Below are positions 60,801 through 64,000 of a stretch of 64,000 nt of DNA, piece after piece. The notes under the pieces are model-generated. The model saw nothing but the letters and a program-made list of their open reading frames with translations, ran no database searches and was not told the DNA's origin. Each line of letters starts with the position of its first letter. The stretch's first letter is position 1. A program made the translations under genes and the position numbers. The stretch covers positions 480,001 through 544,000 of the forward strand of contig CBDFIQ010000001.1 in assembly GCA_965248195.1 (NCBI GenBank). Reading direction: 5' to 3'. The stretch comes from Longimicrobiales bacterium (GTDB lineage: Bacteria > Gemmatimonadota > Gemmatimonadetes > Longimicrobiales > Gaopeijiaceae).

Positions 60801-62822
60801 AATTGCCTCGGTTAGCCGGGTCCCCTGGTCGTCCGCATCCAACGGAGATCCCGTGGCGTCCTGTACGGAAAAGGAGTAGATGACCGCAGCCGGGGCCTTC
60901 GCACCGCTGATCGGGTAGGGCGTAACGGCGATGACCCGCAGGCCCACATTTTCCAAAATCGGCATGAAATCCGAGAGGATGAGCCGCTCTCCCCGGAGGT
61001 AGAGCTTGAGTTGGGTCGTGGGACCGAGGGCCTCGGGCCCGTCGGCATGGGTCTTTCCGGCGTCGTCCCGGTCAGCGTTGGCGTCTTCAGCCTCATCCCT
61101 ATCGACCTCGGCCCCACGATCGCCGGAAAACGAGATGGACACCATACGATCATCCGCGACCATCCCCTCGAGCTCCAGGATGTCCTGAACGGCCACATCG
61201 GGATCGGTCGACGCCCTGTACTCCGGGCTGAACGCCTCGCCATAGCGGCCCGCAAGACGCTGCGCTTCATCGGCCGGCCGCACTCTCTCGAGACCGCTGC
61301 GCACACGGTCAGACCAGGACCGGATGATCTCCGTGACCTCGGTCTCGAGGTCACGGCTCTCCACCCGCGACACCGACTCTGCTGGCGCAGCCAGGTGAAA
61401 ATGGAGACGGGCCTGGTCTCCCTGGCCCAGTGCTAAATGGTAATTCAGAACCTCCGCCTGAAACCGTTTGATCAACGCTTCTTCGATGGCCCCCCGGACT
61501 TCGCCTGAAAAGCTATCCTTCGGAAGGATCACCATGACCGAAACACCCCGGCGCAGGGGGTCCTCGCGCAAGGTCACGTGAACATCGCCCGTGTGGTACG
61601 ACGTGAGCACGATCTGAATGTCGGCGGCGATCTGGTCGGCCGACGAAAGAAAGAGTTCCTCCTTCGGCATAGAGCTGAAGATCGTGTTGATTTCCTTGTA
61701 GTCGTGCGATCCTTCCTGCGCATCCGCACCCTCGAGAATCATTTGGAGCTTGCGCCGGAGTATGGGAATCTTGTTGGAGTCCTCTACGTAGGCCTTGGAC
61801 GTAAAGAGACCGATGAACCGGTGTTCCCCCGCGACCTCGCCGTCGCTCGAGAGCTTCTTGACCCCGATATAGTCCATCCGGACCAATCGGTGTACGGTCG
61901 AGTGGGCGCTGGTCTTGGTGATGATCAGCAGGGGACCTCCCATCACCAGGTCCCTCGTGTCCGCGTCGGTTTCACTGACGAGAACAGGCTCGGCGAACTG
62001 CGATTCAGCCTCGTTCCGGAGCACCCCAAGGCCCGACCCCGGCTGTACGACGATCGCGGGACCATCGTCGAGCTCCACGATGTCGTATTCGCGGTAACCC
62101 AGAAATACGAAGGCGCCGTCCCGAATCCACCGGAGGAACGTCTGCACCTCCTCCAACTCCTCACGCAGGTCGGGCAGTGCCCCGTCGTATTCGGCAAGCT
62201 CGACCACGGTGCTGTTTACCGCGTCGATCATAGGGTGGAAGTCGTCCGTGACCCGGACCACATCCTCGAGGCGTCGGCTCGCCTCGATCCGGAGTGCCTC
62301 CCGCGCTCCGGCATCCATGATCCGCGAGACCTCACAGTAGACCAGGGACTCAACGCTCTCACCGTTCTTGGCAGGTCCTACGCTGATTATCTCACTGCTG
62401 GCGTTCCTCTCCACGTGCATGACCGGGTAGATGAGATGCTCGATCGATACGTCCTCGTCGTGGAGGAACTCGCGAAGGGAATCCACGATGAAGGGGCGCT
62501 CGGATATGCTGGTCCTCAGGACCGTTACCGGCGCGTACCAGCCCTCGTCGTCCACCTCAGGATTGAAGATATCGACGTCCACACGGTCCGGGTGGCTGTC
62601 CTGCAAGAACCGCCAGGCACCGAGGGCGATGTGGGCGAGGGTATCCTCACTCCGTCCGGAAAGAAATTCCTTGGTGGCCCTGGAAAGGAAAATTTCGGTG
62701 AAGGCGACCACCGACTCCGCCTCATTCGGATCGACCTGCCGCTCGAGTTGGCGGCATACGGCGTCAATCGTCGGAGACTCTTCACGGAGGCGGTGAGCCA
62801 CCGCGTTGGAGGTGTCGCTCAT
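57852..62822 (-). CDS. gdhB: Large NAD-specific glutamate dehydrogenase
   Basis: 1656 aa; ARGGIRYSDR, VKNAVIVP, AADKGT, GDMSGDVFGNGML, EGGNLG. Confidence 0.96.
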   Translation of the reverse strand: MSDTSNAVAHRLREESPTIDAVCRQLERQVDPNEAESVVAFTEIFLSRATKEFLSGRSEDTLAHIALGAWRFLQDSHPDRVDVDIFNPEVDDEGWYAPVTVLRTSISERPFIVDSLREFLHDEDVSIEHLIYPVMHVERNASSEIISVGPAKNGESVESLVYCEVSRIMDAGAREALRIEASRRLEDVVRVTDDFHPMIDAVNSTVVELAEYDGALPDLREELEEVQTFLRWIRDGAFVFLGYREYDIVELDDGPAIVVQPGSGLGVLRNEAESQFAEPVLVSETDADTRDLVMGGPLLIITKTSAHSTVHRLVRMDYIGVKKLSSDGEVAGEHRFIGLFTSKAYVEDSNKIPILRRKLQMILEGADAQEGSHDYKEINTIFSSMPKEELFLSSADQIAADIQIVLTSYHTGDVHVTLREDPLRRGVSVMVILPKDSFSGEVRGAIEEALIKRFQAEVLNYHLALGQGDQARLHFHLAAPAESVSRVESRDLETEVTEIIRSWSDRVRSGLERVRPADEAQRLAGRYGEAFSPEYRASTDPDVAVQDILELEGMVADDRMVSISFSGDRGAEVDRDEAEDANADRDDAGKTHADGPEALGPTTQLKLYLRGERLILSDFMPILENVGLRVIAVTPYPISGAKAPAAVIYSFSVQDATGSPLDADDQGTRLTEAILAVRRGDATNDALNALVLLVGLSWREVDVLRAYAAYAFQLGVVPSRLSLPTALLSYSNITRVLFEIFKAKFDLDGGSLERRRELVDDLTSLLTQLMTSVSLLADDRALRRMSALVSATVRTNFFRNGGRAPTRRSGGVPYVSFKIAVGELQDIAPTRLLSEVWVRSSRLEGVHLRGALVARGGIRYSDRRDDFRTEILGLVNTQMVKNAVIVPAGSKGGFITLRTLHNREEMADEALEQYKTLIRGLLDLTDNLDVDGTTVPPESVVCWDPPDPYLVVAADKGTSRYSDVANAVAAEYGFWLGDAFASGGSTGYDHKTVGITARGVWECVKRHFRERGKDIQSEPFTVVGIGDMSGDVFGNGMLLSRHIKLIAAFDHRHVFIDPAPDPEIAFRERERVFRLGPSSWEDYDRSCMSEGAMIVPRGAKEVDLTPAAKKVLGIPDDAGALDGESLIQAVLRAPAELLWSGGVGTYVKAPDESNADAGDPPNDAVRVSSDELRCRVVGEGGNLGFTQRARIDFALRRGRINTDALDNSGGVDLSDREVNLKILFGHSVGSGSMDEERRNRVLEELTDPVATFVLADNESQSLAISLDELRAKDGQDDFRDVMSSLEKTGGLDRAAENLPTWEVLWTRLEELGRSLARPELCVLLAYVKLDLMGRLLNSDLPDDPAAEDYLRNYFPAAAMEAAGEESLARHRLRREIIACELTNDLVDLMGATFVNRVSRDTGRTPSEVAGAWLIAARLADHAALARRVSGEGDALPSSVAYRWLLGLARVLERTTRWLLLNVEVNEQTATVIERHGHGLGRLRADFAEFVTGDDRVVFERRLAEIERHGADPDLAKSLITLRFLDQLLEILRVAQETGAKPLVAGRAYYRASELFHVPWLRQAIFGSAGEDRWEQRAAQALAEDLSRAHYRLTWRALKSCGEDGGIDTGTSEFVRFRDLMEEIRAEDAISISGLAVAVREISRMATGGEGTPAASE

Positions 62823-62923
62823 GGGTAGGCCGGTCTGAGCTTGGTCGCTTCAGGACCGCGATCAAGTGGGGAATTAAGGCTCTTTCACCGTACACCTGAA
62901 AGATAGAGACGGGTGACAGGCCG

Positions 62924-62972
62924 GTTCAACCCTGGTCGACGCCGGCGCGACCCGTTCAACCCTGGCCGACGC
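62924..62972. repeat. Two 19-bp direct repeats, period 30, in a divergent intergenic region
   Basis: GTTCAACCCTGGYCGACGC at 62924 and 62954. Confidence 0.8.
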
Positions 62973-63030
62973 ACACCCGGATCTTCTAGCTTGAAGTGCC
63001 GATCCACGCTTTGACCCTTCTAGGCAATTG

Positions 63031-64000
63031 ATGCGCTTTCTTCATGCGGCCGACGTACATCTGGACTCTCCGTGCTCGAGCCGGTCGGAGACGGTCCGCC
63101 ATCAGCTGAGGGACGCGTCGCGCCTGGCCTTCCAGCGGCTCGTCGATCTGGCGCTCAGCGAGCGCGTGGATGCGGTACTGATCGCAGGCGACCTCTTCGA
63201 CGACGAGCGCCTCTCGTTTCAGACCGAACGCTTCTTGCTGGAGCAGCTGCATCGCTTGGACACCGAAGAAATTCCTGTCGTTTACGCCACGGGAAACCAT
63301 GATCCCGGACGAGCCGGGCTTCGCTCCCTCGAACTGCCTTGGCCGGGCAACGTGACCACTGCTCGAGACAGGACGCCGGTCCGCATCAACATCGAGGGTG
63401 CCGGTCGCGATTCTGAAGATCGGGAGGTTCGAGGAGTGGTAACTGCGGCCGGGCACGAGACGGCCACCGAGAGGGGCGATCTTTCAACAGTCTTTCCGAC
63501 CCCCGAGGGGCGTCTAGCCGAGATCGCCGTCCTCCATACTCAGGTCGTCGATTCGCCGGGGTCGGCCGCCCACCAGAGTTATGCGCCTTCCCGACTCGAC
63601 GGACTCCGGAGCTCCGGTCACGACTATTGGGCGTTGGGACACGTCCATAAGCGCTCGGTTCTGTGTGAGCACCCGGGCATCCACTATTCTGGAAACCTAC
63701 AGGGGCGGACGCATGGCGAACGGGGTGCGAAGGGTTGCCTGCTCGTCGAGGTACAGCCGGGAGCGCCACCCGATGTGGAGTTCAAGAGGCTGGCGCCGAT
63801 TCAGTGGGAGGACGTCGAGATACGCGACCCATCCGAAGCGACGACGCTCGACGCACTGATCGAAACGGTTGCGGGGGAGTGGGACGAGGTGACCGGGGGT
63901 GAGAGCGGGACCGATTGGATCGGCCGGATTCGCATCTCAGGCGCGACGCCTCTCTGGCGGGAGCTGTCCTGGGACGACGACCAGAACCATCTGCGCGATG
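63031..64000 (+). CDS. SbcD/Mre11 (YhaO-like) DNA-repair exonuclease, runs off the window
   Basis: MRFLHAADVHLDSP, AGDLFD, GNHD, YWALGHVH. Confidence 0.92.
   Translation, partial: MRFLHAADVHLDSPCSSRSETVRHQLRDASRLAFQRLVDLALSERVDAVLIAGDLFDDERLSFQTERFLLEQLHRLDTEEIPVVYATGNHDPGRAGLRSLELPWPGNVTTARDRTPVRINIEGAGRDSEDREVRGVVTAAGHETATERGDLSTVFPTPEGRLAEIAVLHTQVVDSPGSAAHQSYAPSRLDGLRSSGHDYWALGHVHKRSVLCEHPGIHYSGNLQGRTHGERGAKGCLLVEVQPGAPPDVEFKRLAPIQWEDVEIRDPSEATTLDALIETVAGEWDEVTGGESGTDWIGRIRISGATPLWRELSWDDDQNHLRD

Noticed and set aside
1..64000. Integron integrase, group II intron RT, TnpB/IscB or Cas genes
   Set aside because: No ORF with those motifs was seen in the window

Overview
GC-rich bacterial chromosome window; gene content (ADOP-type permease, TonB receptor, PQQ enzyme, DUF1080 pair) is compatible with Gemmatimonadota or a similar phylum, but this is inference. 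Bases 1-26.3 kb are an integron-type cassette array with no integrase in the window. It has a family of about 101-bp attC sites, mostly minus-strand cassettes and two toxin-antitoxin cassettes, and it is heavily invaded by near-identical IS copies (IS110/IS1111 x4, IS256 x4, an IS3-like element x3, IS481 fragments x3, one IS3/IS51 stub). All four IS1111 copies sit at the same TG dinucleotide inside attC. Their non-coding right end carries short segments matching both sides of the attC target and of the predicted circle junction, so it is a candidate bridge/seek RNA. At the array edge is a DCC1/DUF393-like gene with an in-frame TGA at the first Cys of CxxC followed by a SECIS-like hairpin (candidate selenoprotein). 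Bases 26.3-64 kb are ordinary chromosomal genes: hydrolases, Gfo/Idh/MocA plus two DUF1080, porin plus cytochrome c, ECF sigma/anti-sigma/TonB receptor, PQQ dehydrogenase, ABC permease, amidase, minor pilins, large NAD-glutamate dehydrogenase and an SbcD/Mre11-like nuclease.
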